A DNA stretch of 64,000 nucleotides from a virus (IMGVR_UViG_3300023184_009648:1-64000), one strand, 5' to 3'; positions 31,271-41,300 are shown, numbered from the stretch's first letter. The notes: generated by a model not told the origin, from the letters alone. Translations and numbers: made by a program.

Positions 31271-32128
31271 ATGGTTTATCTGTCTTACCGGAAAGGCGGT
31301 ATGCAAATCCTTAATACAGACAATGCAAGTGAAGGTCTTCGCTTACCGCTCAAGACCTATAAACGAAATATTGTTTGGTATAATGAACCAAATAGTTATA
31401 CTATTTTACAAATTTATAAGAAGGGACTTGAATACGCATTGGTTTCAGACAAATACCAACAATGCCACCAATTTGTGTGGTGTAAAGATTTTTTACACGA
31501 TGTTGTTCATGCTACCGTGAATAATTTTGGGTTTGAATTGTATGGATTTTTATATAGCCCTTTAAATGATCCAAAACCTTGTTTAAAAGAAATAAGGCTT
31601 CTTATAAGTAATTCTAAAGATAAAAAACTTGCTTCTCTAATTCCATCTTGTGTTGATTTTTTAAATCAAATTGAAGCTCGGATTAAAATGTCAAAAACAA
31701 TTGTGCGAAAAGTAGCCAATCCACAATGTGATCGTAAAAAAACTGGTGTTTTTCTTTTTCAAGGCAACAGTCGTTGGTTGATGTCTCCTCCGATGTTGTC
31801 GCTTTATACTTGGTTAATAAGAATAGGATTATGTCATAAAATAGGAACATCATTTAAAGAAACAATCAAAGCTCTAAAAGAGAAAACTATTAGCCCATAT
31901 CAAGTTAAAGATGCTCAATGGATTAAAGATTGTGAAGTTGCATTGCACAAAATTATTCGACTAGGTGATAAAAAAATATTTTATCGTGATATAAAAATGA
32001 ATTATCCCGAGTCGCTTAATATAGATGAAGTTCACAATCGATTGGGTATTCTTTCATACTCATTTGATATTATCGTGCATTCGCTTAAGCAAAAAGTGCC
32101 AATTCCATATTGGCATCGATTGCGTTAG
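31271..32128 (+). CDS. Hypothetical protein upstream of the COOH-NH2 ligase
   Basis: 285-aa ORF; WCKDFLHD and SLYTWLIRIG. Confidence 0.6.
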   Translation: MVYLSYRKGGMQILNTDNASEGLRLPLKTYKRNIVWYNEPNSYTILQIYKKGLEYALVSDKYQQCHQFVWCKDFLHDVVHATVNNFGFELYGFLYSPLNDPKPCLKEIRLLISNSKDKKLASLIPSCVDFLNQIEARIKMSKTIVRKVANPQCDRKKTGVFLFQGNSRWLMSPPMLSLYTWLIRIGLCHKIGTSFKETIKALKEKTISPYQVKDAQWIKDCEVALHKIIRLGDKKIFYRDIKMNYPESLNIDEVHNRLGILSYSFDIIVHSLKQKVPIPYWHRLR

Positions 32129-32152
32129 TTTTCTTTTTAACAAGGAGCTTTT

Positions 32153-33070
32153 ATGGAATTCACTTTCGGAACTGATCCTGAATTTATGGTCTCTCGTTGG
32201 GATGATCTGCAAAGTGCTATTTCTTTACTTCCCAGAAAAGAAGCTGCACTTAGTCGAAATGGTAGTAAATTTTATTATGATAATGTTCTTGCAGAAATTG
32301 CTGTTAAACCCAGCAAAAATCGAGCAGAAGCAACTGAAAATATATGTAAAGCATTACAAAATCTTTCTAAGATCCTTAAACCTGCTCGCTTTACCATTCA
32401 AGCATCAGCTAAATATCCAATCAAACAACTTAATGACAAAGACGCAAGGATTGCTGGTTGTAATCCAGAATGGGACGCATATACTTTGCGTTGTATTTTG
32501 CCGCCTGATGAAGTTATTTCTAAAACAGCTTTTAGAACTGCTGGGGGGCATATTCACATTGGAGCTAAGGATTTTTCTGATTCAATAAACGCATTAAATG
32601 CCATTCGCATGATGGACTTGTTTATTGCTATTCCTGCCTTGTTAATGGATACAGATGAAACTTCCAAAGATCGCCGTAAAGTTTACGGACATGCTGGCAG
32701 TCATCGTGGCACTGATTATGGATTTGAGTATCGAACTCTTGGTAATTTTTGGCTCTCTAGCCCTAATCATGTTAATTTGATTTATGATTTAACATCTTTC
32801 GTTCTGGATTTTGTAAAAGAAGAAATGCATAAAAAGTTTTGGTCATTTGATGAATCTTTATTGCAAAAAGGAGATCCTTGCAAAGCATTTAAATGCACAG
32901 GCTATGATGTAAAACTATTGTGCAAATGTATCAATACATGCGATAAAAAGCAGGCAGAAAAATTTATGCTTATTGTTCAAAACTATTTGCCTGACAACCT
33001 AGTTCAAGAAATTGAAAAATTATCCAGCAATCCCTTGCCTGATCCATATGAGGCATGGGGCATTTCATGA
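32153..33070 (+). CDS. phiEco32-like COOH-NH2 ligase type 2
   Basis: GTDPEFM, DNVLAE, GCNPEWDAY, RTAGGHIHIG, RRKVYG.AG and YGFEYRTLGNFW motifs. Confidence 0.88.
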   Translation: MEFTFGTDPEFMVSRWDDLQSAISLLPRKEAALSRNGSKFYYDNVLAEIAVKPSKNRAEATENICKALQNLSKILKPARFTIQASAKYPIKQLNDKDARIAGCNPEWDAYTLRCILPPDEVISKTAFRTAGGHIHIGAKDFSDSINALNAIRMMDLFIAIPALLMDTDETSKDRRKVYGHAGSHRGTDYGFEYRTLGNFWLSSPNHVNLIYDLTSFVLDFVKEEMHKKFWSFDESLLQKGDPCKAFKCTGYDVKLLCKCINTCDKKQAEKFMLIVQNYLPDNLVQEIEKLSSNPLPDPYEAWGIS

Positions 33071-33720
33071 TTGTTTTCAAGCACACTGTCAGTGTGCCAA
33101 AAAATAAAAAAAGAGGCGTTCTTGTTTTATTTTCCGGTCGAGGCTCTAAAGCCAAATATTTGCTTAATACTTATGCAAATACCGGAGGACTGCAAGAATT
33201 CCTCTTAATTGGTGTTGATCCAGAAAAAGAGTGGTATCCCTTACCAAATGGTAAAGATGATCAATTACAAGCTATTATCGGATTGCAAGAAACAATAATT
33301 AAACTTAAAAGTTTCTTACAAAACCTGCAAACAGAATATGACTTTAAACCAGAACAAACTGTATTGGCAGGGTTTTCTGCAGGAGCCGTAGTTGCTTTGC
33401 AGTTGGCTTTAACTGGAATAGAAGAATATAACATGGTTATATCACACAATGGTGCAATTTTTCAACCTGATGAAATTCCACCTGCTTCTAAAAAAACAAT
33501 CTTTGTGTTGCTGCATGCTCAAGATGATGATTGTTTTAAATGGATGGAAAGATACATTCCAACAAAACAAGGATTAAACAATAAAGGTCATAAAATTGTG
33601 GCTATTGAAAGACCTATTGGGGGACATAAAATTCATGAAAACGACATTGTTACTATGGGGAAGCATTTAAAAACTAGATTCAATTATTATTCGAACTACA
33701 ATCAGGAATGTTCATTTTAA
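33067..33720 (+). CDS. Alpha/beta hydrolase (phospholipase/carboxylesterase-like)
   Basis: LAGFSAGA nucleophile elbow, HAQDD, GGH; ATGA coupling. Confidence 0.8.
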   Translation: MIVFKHTVSVPKNKKRGVLVLFSGRGSKAKYLLNTYANTGGLQEFLLIGVDPEKEWYPLPNGKDDQLQAIIGLQETIIKLKSFLQNLQTEYDFKPEQTVLAGFSAGAVVALQLALTGIEEYNMVISHNGAIFQPDEIPPASKKTIFVLLHAQDDDCFKWMERYIPTKQGLNNKGHKIVAIERPIGGHKIHENDIVTMGKHLKTRFNYYSNYNQECSF

Positions 33721-34430
33721 TAATCTAAAATTTTTCGCAACTCCCGCACATTATCTCGTAGATCAATTTTTCGACAACCTCTACATAACCAGCGACTATT
33801 CATAGATTGTAAAACTCTTACCTCAAGCATTAAGCGTTTTTTGTGCATGAAATACTTGTTCAAACAATTATTACATTGTGTGTTTATATGATTACTTTTT
33901 TTGCGACGAAGAGTTCTTTTTTTTGATTTATTTAAAACCTTGACAATTTCAGGTTGTTTTTTATTTCTAAGATAAAAATTTAGTAGCTCAGGAGGCATGG
34001 GAGGTATAGGGAATTTACTTCCAAAAAGCCAATTGTATTGAGTGCCATCTTCGTGAATAGATGGAGGAACAACAGACTGATGTTTATGTGCTCTAAATTC
34101 TATGCCACCAACGACAAGACGAGTTAAATTTGGGTCAGGGTTAATGAATAAGTTGTGAATCGACTTAGAGCTACGAAATTTGGGCCTTATTGCTCCATCA
34201 ATCATGCGTTCCAATAAATCATTTGCTTCTTCAGTATCGCCTTCTACATCGACAATATCGCCGAGTAAAATGCCCATGTTATAATTTCCTGTCTGAAAAT
34301 GTGGTCGCCAGCGTTCCACACTCCAATTTTCATTCCAACCTACAGCAATAGGCTTTTTTGTGTCAGGATGTACTGCTATAGGACGCAATCCTGCGGCAGT
34401 ATATTTGTCAAAAAAAGCTAAAATATGCAT
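33717..34430 (-). CDS. Bifunctional primase-polymerase (prim-pol) N-terminal domain plus C-terminal Zn ligands
   Basis: KKP..GW, NMGILLG..VDVE, SIHNLF, GIEFR, VVPPSIHEDGTQYNW. Confidence 0.75.
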   Translation of the reverse strand: MHILAFFDKYTAAGLRPIAVHPDTKKPIAVGWNENWSVERWRPHFQTGNYNMGILLGDIVDVEGDTEEANDLLERMIDGAIRPKFRSSKSIHNLFINPDPNLTRLVVGGIEFRAHKHQSVVPPSIHEDGTQYNWLFGSKFPIPPMPPELLNFYLRNKKQPEIVKVLNKSKKRTLRRKKSNHINTQCNNCLNKYFMHKKRLMLEVRVLQSMNSRWLCRGCRKIDLRDNVRELRKILDY

Positions 34431-34496
34431 AAAAAAGCCATAATTTTTACATGGGTGCGATTATTTTTACTTTACTGTATTAGATGGAGGTTTGCA

Positions 34497-35402
34497 ATGA
34501 AAATTACAGCGCTCGTGACAGGAGCAACAGGATTTATTGGTAGCCATTTGTGCAATTGGTTGCATTCAAACAATTATAAGGTTTATGCTATTGGCATCCA
34601 AAAAGAAAACCGCCCCAAATGTGAAAAATTATTTAAAGTACCTGTTGATGAAATACCTTGGCATAAATTACCAAATATTGATGTTTGCTTTCATCAAGCA
34701 GCAAACAACAACACAACTGATTCAGATTTTGAAAGCATGTATGAATCAAATGTAAATCAAACAATTAGATTATTTGATTTACTTCACAATTTAAAAAACT
34801 GTAAAAAATTTGTCTATGCATCTAGTTGTTCTATTTATGGAAAACAACCAGCCCCTTACATAGAAGAAAAAACTAGACCAAATCCTTTAAACGCCTATGC
34901 TCAATCTAAGTTACTTCTTGAAGAATATGCAGAGCAGTTTTCTGAAGAAAATGACGCAGTAATTGTTGGCCTTAGATACACAAATGTTTTTGGACCTAAT
35001 GAAGGACATAAAAAACTTAGAGCAAGCATGATACATCAAATCATTGAAACAGTTGTTGAAAATAAACAACCAAATTTATTTAAATGGGGAGAACAAAAAA
35101 GAGATTGGGTTTATATAGATGATGTTGTGAATGCTAATATTTTAGCAAGTAAGGCAAAAAAATCTGCAGTTTACAATGTAGGATCGGGAAAATCTGAAGC
35201 ATTTATCCACTTGTTGCAATTTATTTCAAAAACAACTGGTAAAAAAATAAAACCTATTTTTAAAGATTGCCCTTTTGAAGCGGCATATCAAAAACATGTT
35301 GAAGTTGATTTATCTTTGATTAAAAAAGAATTAGGATATAAGCCAAAATGGTCTGTAGATAAAGGCATACAAGACATGTATAAAAAAAGAGACGGAAAAT
35401 AA
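34497..35402 (+). CDS. NAD-dependent sugar epimerase (ADP-heptose 6-epimerase-like SDR)
   Basis: VTGATGFIGS, HQAA, YASS, YAQSK, LRYTNVFGPNEGHK, RDWVYIDD; GGAGG RBS. Confidence 0.88.
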   Translation: MKITALVTGATGFIGSHLCNWLHSNNYKVYAIGIQKENRPKCEKLFKVPVDEIPWHKLPNIDVCFHQAANNNTTDSDFESMYESNVNQTIRLFDLLHNLKNCKKFVYASSCSIYGKQPAPYIEEKTRPNPLNAYAQSKLLLEEYAEQFSEENDAVIVGLRYTNVFGPNEGHKKLRASMIHQIIETVVENKQPNLFKWGEQKRDWVYIDDVVNANILASKAKKSAVYNVGSGKSEAFIHLLQFISKTTGKKIKPIFKDCPFEAAYQKHVEVDLSLIKKELGYKPKWSVDKGIQDMYKKRDGK

Positions 35403-35418
35403 TTCCGTCTCTTTTTTT
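35382..35418. terminator. Bidirectional intrinsic terminator
   Basis: AAAAAAAGAGACGGAA..TTCCGTCTCTTTTTTT. Confidence 0.75.
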
Positions 35419-35432
35419 ATATAAATATAAAA

Positions 35433-36485
35433 TTAACCATCAGAACGAACAGCTTGATACAAGTTATTGGTATCAATAGAAGTGAAAAGACCATCACTAA
35501 ATTTATGGTTAGGGTCAATTCCCATCATATTTCTAACGCTGTTCCACCAAGCATCCTCAGAAGATTCATCCTTCTTTTCAGCTTTCTTCTCAGCCTTTTT
35601 CTTAGCATGCATTAACTTGAAATCTTTGGCATCAATTTTGCCATCTTTATTTATGTCTAGTTTATGTTGACCACCCTTGAGCATCTTCTTCTTAGACATC
35701 ATGGGTTTAGAAACTTTGGCACTTTCTTCATCGCCGTCTTCTTCTTCATGATCTTCGTGATCGTCATGATCTTCGTGATCGTCATGATCTTCATGATCGT
35801 CATGATCTTCATGATCGTCATGATCTTCATGATCTTCATGATCTTCATGATCTTCGTGATCGTCATGATCGTCATGATCTTTTTCTTCCTCTTCATGATC
35901 TTCGGCATCTTCAGGAGTATTAGGACCTTCGTCTGAATACATTTTCTTTTTGGACTTCATGCAAGAAGATTTTTCTTTCTTATCTTCTTTTTTATCCTTA
36001 TCTTTTTCTTTTTCTTTTTTGTCTTTAGACTTTTCTGATTCATCATCTTCATCAGACCATCCATCTTCTCCATCCATCTTCTTTTTAGACATCATTCCTT
36101 TGCCACACATCATGCATTTTTTTGCCCAAGCTTTAGCTTTTACACCACACAGCTTGCCACATGATGAGCAAAGACCAGCTTTATCTTTTTTAGATTTTTC
36201 TTCGTCATGATCTTCATGATCTTCATGATCTTCGTCTTCGTCATTATCGACATCAACATCAACATCAATTTCTTCGTCATCTTTTTTGGGTTCGTCCTTC
36301 TTTGAAGAAGGATCAACGATTTCGCCATCACCTGTGGGCATCTTTTTCTTTTTCTTCTTATCATGTTTAGCTTCTTCAAAACCAAACTGAGTAACAATGC
36401 CTAAATTATTAGGGCTGTATAAGCCTAAATTAAAACTGGAAAGTGCAGATTCATTCAATGACTTCCAATGTTTATATGACAACAT
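35433..36485 (-). CDS. Highly charged protein with (DHE/DHD)n repeats, Cys cluster and EF-hand-like motif; CTS-like start (MLSYKHWKSLNE)
   Basis: Translation; LKGGQHKLDINKDGKIDAKDF motif. Confidence 0.7.
   Translation of the reverse strand: MLSYKHWKSLNESALSSFNLGLYSPNNLGIVTQFGFEEAKHDKKKKKKMPTGDGEIVDPSSKKDEPKKDDEEIDVDVDVDNDEDEDHEDHEDHDEEKSKKDKAGLCSSCGKLCGVKAKAWAKKCMMCGKGMMSKKKMDGEDGWSDEDDESEKSKDKKEKEKDKDKKEDKKEKSSCMKSKKKMYSDEGPNTPEDAEDHEEEEKDHDDHDDHEDHEDHEDHEDHDDHEDHDDHEDHDDHEDHDDHEDHEEEDGDEESAKVSKPMMSKKKMLKGGQHKLDINKDGKIDAKDFKLMHAKKKAEKKAEKKDESSEDAWWNSVRNMMGIDPNHKFSDGLFTSIDTNNLYQAVRSDG
35745..35900 (-). repeat. 9/18-nt coding tandem repeat (GATCATGAA/GATCATGAC-type) encoding DHE/DHD
   Basis: Visible tandem array; a shorter copy lies near 36205-36235. 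Confidence 0.9.
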
Positions 36486-36580
36486 GTTGTTTTCCCTTTT
36501 TTTTGTGCGGGTAAATGTCTTAAGAGACATAGCTTTAATCTATATATGTCGAGTAAAATTATTTTGCCCAAGGAATCCTT

Positions 36581-37387
36581 ATGAGAAAATTCATGCTTGG
36601 TGCAATATTTGTATTGGGATTTTTTATAATATTTTCAATATATCAACATAAAAATAAAAAATCACCTTTTGATCTAGACTGTGAAACATTAAATCCAGAA
36701 AATAAAAATTATAAAAACCCTGTAGTTTTTGCACTTATTGATAAAATCAATGATAAAAACAATAGAATTTATAACATTTATGTAAAACAAATGCCCATAT
36801 GGCTAACCATAAACAATATAACATTCAAAGCTCGTGGTGAATTAGCTCATCAAAAAGACAAGCTTTTTCGACTTCATATTAACACAATCATTACTGGCAA
36901 AGAAATGGATTTAGGATCAAATAATGATATATTTTGGTTCTGGTCTAAACGAATGGAACCATCTTATCTTTATTATTCTCGTCATGAAAATATTTCTAAA
37001 ACAAATCTTAAAACTCCTCTCAACCCAATGTGGATGATTGAATCGCTTAATTTTAACTTAATTGATAAGGGAACAATTCAAGCGATGATAGAAAAAAATG
37101 AAATGTATTACATTTATCAAAACAGAACCAGTGCTTCAGGCGAACCCATAATCCTTATTACAATATTAGACCCAAAAAGTGAAAGTGTGATTGGTCGCCT
37201 AATGCTCAATCAAATAAAAGAAAATATTGTAACAATTACCTATAAAAACAAAAGTATGAAAACAATTTGGCACAATGAAGCAATATCCATGGAATGGGAT
37301 ATGAGCAGTATTTGCTACAATACAGAATTGCCGGGAAAATTATGGATTTTACCTGATTATAAAAACAAATTTGACATTGGAAAATAA
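36581..37387 (+). CDS. Membrane-anchored envelope protein (MDLGSNNDIFWFW motif)
   Basis: N-terminal TM; beta-rich body. Confidence 0.6.
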   Translation: MRKFMLGAIFVLGFFIIFSIYQHKNKKSPFDLDCETLNPENKNYKNPVVFALIDKINDKNNRIYNIYVKQMPIWLTINNITFKARGELAHQKDKLFRLHINTIITGKEMDLGSNNDIFWFWSKRMEPSYLYYSRHENISKTNLKTPLNPMWMIESLNFNLIDKGTIQAMIEKNEMYYIYQNRTSASGEPIILITILDPKSESVIGRLMLNQIKENIVTITYKNKSMKTIWHNEAISMEWDMSSICYNTELPGKLWILPDYKNKFDIGK

Positions 37388-37415
37388 AAATGCCGCTTTA
37401 TTAAAGCGGCATTTT
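37387..37415. terminator. Bidirectional intrinsic terminator
   Basis: AAAATGCCGCTTTA-T-TAAAGCGGCATTTT. Confidence 0.75.
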
Positions 37416-37437
37416 GCATAACAACAAATATAGTTGA

Positions 37438-37674
37438 TTATTTGTTAAATGCTTTGCGAATAGCGTTTCGTCGCAAAGCTTGAACTTTGCGTTTTTCAGC
37501 TGCTATACCGCCTTGATTCAAAGGTTGTTGCGGTGGAATTGCTTGCTGAGCCCTTTGTTGAGTTGGACTCATAGAAGCCGCAATTCCTCCTTGAGTGCTG
37601 CGTGCTGAAGTAATAGAACGAACTATAGGAGTTCTAGATTTATACTTAACTCCTTTATTGCAAGAACAAGCCAT
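37438..37674 (-). CDS. Small basic protein (MACSCNK)
   Basis: GGAGG RBS. Confidence 0.6.
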   Translation of the reverse strand: MACSCNKGVKYKSRTPIVRSITSARSTQGGIAASMSPTQQRAQQAIPPQQPLNQGGIAAEKRKVQALRRNAIRKAFNK

Positions 37675-37688
37675 TTTTCCTCCATCGG

Positions 37689-37868
37689 CTACAGAGATGA
37701 TCTTAACCGTGTTTTATAAGTTTTAGACTTTCGAACATATACTGCTTTAATGATATTTTCCAAATCCTTTTGGTAATCATCTAAAGACTCGATGGAAACA
37801 GTGGGTATAATAGTTTTGACTGATGTTTTAGTCTTACAACTACAATTATTTGTTGATACTGCTTCCAT
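37689..37868 (-). CDS. 59-aa ORF MEAVSTNNCSCK... (below the track cutoff)
   Basis: ATAAATA 4 nt upstream of the ATG; CSC motif shared with the downstream ORF. Confidence 0.5.
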   Translation of the reverse strand: MEAVSTNNCSCKTKTSVKTIIPTVSIESLDDYQKDLENIIKAVYVRKSKTYKTRLRSSL

Positions 37869-37896
37869 GATGTATTTATCCCTCAGAGGTTAAAAT

Positions 37897-39414
37897 ATGG
37901 TAGTGAGCCATGAAGAAACAAAAGAACTTGTGGAACAAGCCTTTAATCTTGCTTGTAAAAAATTTGCGGAACAAAAATATGAACAAACAGTTGTTATTCT
38001 CGACCAAGCTCTTAAAGTAGACCCTAAAAACGCCAATATTCTTCAAATTTTAGGATTGGCCTACCATGCTTTAAAAAACAATGAAAAAGCCAGAGAACAC
38101 TTATTTGCATCTTTGCTTATAGAACCCAATAATTCTGAAACTTTGAATAATATTGGGCTTAGTTATTCTAACACATATGATTATGACAAATCAATTGATT
38201 ACATCAATAAAGCTATTTGTTTAAAACCTGAAAATCCATCTCTTTACAGCAATTTAGGATTGCAATATCGTCATTTGCAGCAATATGAAAAAGCAATTGA
38301 ATGTTTTAATAAATCATTATCTTTAAGAGAAGACGCAACTGCGTATGCCATGCTTGGTGGTTGTTATGGAGAAATGAAAAATCTTCAAAAAGCCAAGGAA
38401 ATGATATACAAAGCATTAAAAATAAATCCTAATTTTGCAGCTGCTCATGTTGATTTAGCATCGATTTTACAGCTTGAAGGCAACTGGACTGAGGGATTCA
38501 ATGAATATGAATGGAGATACACGGTTTATGACCAATTGAAACAATGGGAACGCATTTATGATCCAATCAAAAAATGGAAAGGCCAAAATATTCAAAACAA
38601 AATAATTATCGTTCACACCGAACAAGGCCATGGAGATGCAATTCACTTCAGTCGTTATTTGTCTAATTTAAAATATTTAAAACCAAAAAAAATCATATTG
38701 CATTGTGGAAAATCACTCGAACGCCTTTTTGAAGAAATGGCAAATTTTATATTTACTATTGATCCTGTGCAATTGCCAGAGTATAAAAACGCCAAAGACA
38801 ATCTGATTCCCGAACACGATTATCATTGTTCCATCTTGAGTTTACCTTATTTGCTTGGATTTCCTCCAGTGCCAGCAACGCCTTATTTGTTTAGCAAAAA
38901 AAAGTTTGATATGTCAAATTATAAAAATGATTATAAAATTGGAATTGTATGGGCTGGAAATCCACAACACTCTCAAGATCGATGGCGATCTTGTAAATTG
39001 GAAATGTTTAAGGAAATTAGTCAAATTTCAGGAGTTAAACTTTTCAGCTTGATGAAAGACACAAGGTCTCGTGCTTATGTTACGCAAAATCAACCTATTG
39101 ATTTAAGTGAAAACACAGAAGACATGAAGATTGTAGATATGTCAAGTTATATGGAAGACTTTCAAAGCACAGCTGACATTATTTCATCTCTCGATCTAAT
39201 AATTGGCGTAGATACAAGCGTAATTCACTTGGCTGGAGCTCTTGATAAACCAACTATTGCTTTAATTGCATGGAATTGTGATTGGCGTTGGACAATAGAT
39301 GGCGATAAGAGTATTTGGTATAGAAGCTTGAAACTTGTTCGCCAAACTAAAAAAGGCGAATGGGATGATGTTTTTGAAAAAGCAAAACAAGAAGTTTTAA
39401 AATTAGTGAAATAA
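37897..39414 (+). CDS. TPR-repeat protein fused to a GT9-like glycosyltransferase domain
   Basis: About 5 TPRs; EYEWR, EQGHGDAIHFSRY, GIVWAGNP, VDTSVIHLAGAL, DWRW. Confidence 0.88.
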   Translation: MVVSHEETKELVEQAFNLACKKFAEQKYEQTVVILDQALKVDPKNANILQILGLAYHALKNNEKAREHLFASLLIEPNNSETLNNIGLSYSNTYDYDKSIDYINKAICLKPENPSLYSNLGLQYRHLQQYEKAIECFNKSLSLREDATAYAMLGGCYGEMKNLQKAKEMIYKALKINPNFAAAHVDLASILQLEGNWTEGFNEYEWRYTVYDQLKQWERIYDPIKKWKGQNIQNKIIIVHTEQGHGDAIHFSRYLSNLKYLKPKKIILHCGKSLERLFEEMANFIFTIDPVQLPEYKNAKDNLIPEHDYHCSILSLPYLLGFPPVPATPYLFSKKKFDMSNYKNDYKIGIVWAGNPQHSQDRWRSCKLEMFKEISQISGVKLFSLMKDTRSRAYVTQNQPIDLSENTEDMKIVDMSSYMEDFQSTADIISSLDLIIGVDTSVIHLAGALDKPTIALIAWNCDWRWTIDGDKSIWYRSLKLVRQTKKGEWDDVFEKAKQEVLKLVK

Positions 39415-39416
39415 AA

Positions 39417-39443
39417 AGGCGTGTCTTTAAAAGACACGCCCTT
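39417..39443. terminator. Intrinsic terminator
   Basis: GGCGTGTCTTT-A-AAAGACACGCC between convergent genes. Confidence 0.7.
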
Positions 39444-39462
39444 CTAAAAAGTCAAAATAAAC

Positions 39463-39819
39463 TTACGAACGAGACGAATTGCTACACTGAGTTGCACTTG
39501 AACCAGAAGATTTTTGAGTCTTCTGAGTCTTTTGAGTCTTTTGAGAAGACTTAGTTGCAACAGAAGACTTCTTAGCCGCCTTCTTTGCATTTGCAGCAAT
39601 AGTATTTGCATCAACAATAGTTACATCACTGTAACCAAGAGCCTTAGCTACATTTCGAGCACGCCCAGCAACAGCAGAGCGAGTCGGAAAACGGGTGGTA
39701 TTATCGGCTTGACGAACCAACTTAGTAGGCCGAACACCAAGAATATTGGCGGTACCTTCGTAATAGTCTCCAGCAGTAGACTTACAAACTGAAACACGGA
39801 CGGAAAGAGTATTGCTCAT
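39463..39819 (-). CDS. Basic protein with Lys/Ser-rich histone-like tail (QKT repeats)
   Basis: AKKAAKKSS..QKTQKTQK; likely start MSNTL. Confidence 0.55.
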   Translation of the reverse strand: MSNTLSVRVSVCKSTAGDYYEGTANILGVRPTKLVRQADNTTRFPTRSAVAGRARNVAKALGYSDVTIVDANTIAANAKKAAKKSSVATKSSQKTQKTQKTQKSSGSSATQCSNSSRS

Positions 39820-39912
39820 AGTAACTCGTTTGCCTTTCTTAAATAGCGAATAAATTAACCACACTCGTGATTAAAACGCTGCATTCAATATTATGTTTAA
39901 TAAAATAACAAG

Positions 39913-40620
39913 TCAAGTAAATTTCTTACAATCGAAGCTTTGCGAATCAAAATTACGCAATTTAGTTGATGAAATACGATCAGGAATATGTAAAGTGCCA
40001 CAATTAGTAAAGGTGGGTATAAGCATATAACGATTTTTAGGACGCTGACGCTTTTGAAAAAATTCTTCAATAGACTTGCGATATTTTTGAAAAAATTCTG
40101 CTGTATCAATTCCATGTACATTATTTTTTAAATTAAAACAAACAAGTATGTTTACTATCGTGCGGTAAACATCATCAATTGTTTGATGCTTTTTTCCTCC
40201 ACCAATTTGTGCAAAGTTAATAAACCATAGATAAGTGTCTGGGTCATATAAGAACGCTGGATTTGTCAATCCAGTCTGTCTATGTGATTCAATACAATCT
40301 TCAATCTCGCTTAACCACATTTTTTCGCTTGTATTGCTCAAGTATTTGTAATAATACAGCCATGCAATAATAGCTCGAAAACTAAGAATCAATATATCTT
40401 TGCAATTTTTGGTGTGAAAACCATTTCTTAAACAAAAAGCACAATAATAACCATTACCACCACTCATTTTCTCACATATTTCACGATTTAAATCATTTGA
40501 ATGACACTTTTTTCTACAAAAACTACAATAACGAATAAATACATCAAATAACTCACCTGTAATAGTAGGTGGTAAAATTTCTAGATCTATTTGACTTACT
40601 GACAATTTTTGCAGCTTCAT
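39913..40620 (-). CDS. Hypothetical protein with Zn finger (CSFC..CAFC)
   Basis: 235-aa ORF. Confidence 0.6.
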   Translation of the reverse strand: MKLQKLSVSQIDLEILPPTITGELFDVFIRYCSFCRKKCHSNDLNREICEKMSGGNGYYCAFCLRNGFHTKNCKDILILSFRAIIAWLYYYKYLSNTSEKMWLSEIEDCIESHRQTGLTNPAFLYDPDTYLWFINFAQIGGGKKHQTIDDVYRTIVNILVCFNLKNNVHGIDTAEFFQKYRKSIEEFFQKRQRPKNRYMLIPTFTNCGTLHIPDRISSTKLRNFDSQSFDCKKFT

Positions 40621-40697
40621 GAATCACCAGATTTAAAAAAACCTGCATAGATATTATTAAGTGAGTCAGTTCACTCAAGCTTGAGATGAGGAAAAAA

Positions 40698-40922
40698 ATG
40701 AAAACATTCGTTCAATGGGCTGAAACAGTAAAGAAAGAACTTCCAGTTTATGTGCAAGACGAGGCGACTCGTCGTGCCGGTATTGCATATTGGGCTTACC
40801 CTGATGCTTATATTCGCAATCAATATCCCGATTCTTGGTTCACTCCTTATGCTGCTGATGCTGCTTTCAAGCTAGGCTATGCAAAAGGTGGTCCAAAAGC
40901 TGGTAAGGAAATTGCGGGTTAA
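40698..40922 (+). CDS. CTS-like small protein, paralog 1 (MKTFVQWAE)
   Basis: GAGG RBS; GIAYWAYPD motif. Confidence 0.7.
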   Translation: MKTFVQWAETVKKELPVYVQDEATRRAGIAYWAYPDAYIRNQYPDSWFTPYAADAAFKLGYAKGGPKAGKEIAG

Positions 40923-41230
40923 TGAAAACTTTTTTACAATGGGCTGAAATTAAACATCGGGAACTTCCTGTCTATCAGACAGATGAAGGCGGTGGCAGCA
41001 CAGCACGCAACGGCATAGCTTATTGGGCTTACCCAGACGGCTATATTCGTTCACACTATCCTGATGCTTACTTTATGAGTCGTGCTCCTGACGCTCTTTG
41101 GAAAATGTCTCCCGGACCTCCAATTACGCCTCATAAACATCATGTTCATCACATGACGCCACCTGATTATGCGATTGGACCTGATGGACAGGTAAGAAAA
41201 GAAAAAGAAGTCGAATACGAAACTGATTGA
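40922..41230 (+). CDS. CTS-like small protein, paralog 2 (MKTFLQWAE)
   Basis: TAATG coupling; GIAYWAYPD motif; His-rich tail. Confidence 0.7.
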   Translation: MKTFLQWAEIKHRELPVYQTDEGGGSTARNGIAYWAYPDGYIRSHYPDAYFMSRAPDALWKMSPGPPITPHKHHVHHMTPPDYAIGPDGQVRKEKEVEYETD

Positions 41231-41262
41231 TTTACTCATTTACCATGTGTAAAAGGAGTACC

Positions 41263-41294
41263 GATGCCGTCCGAAAAGACGGCATCAGCTTTTT
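41263..41294. terminator. Intrinsic terminator
   Basis: GATGCCGTC-CGAAAA-GACGGCATC followed by a T run. Confidence 0.7.
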
Positions 41295-41300
41295 ATAGTT

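Noticed and set aside
35745-35900. Regular short repeats as a possible CRISPR array
   Set aside because: 9/18-nt in-frame coding repeats with no unique spacers and no cas genes
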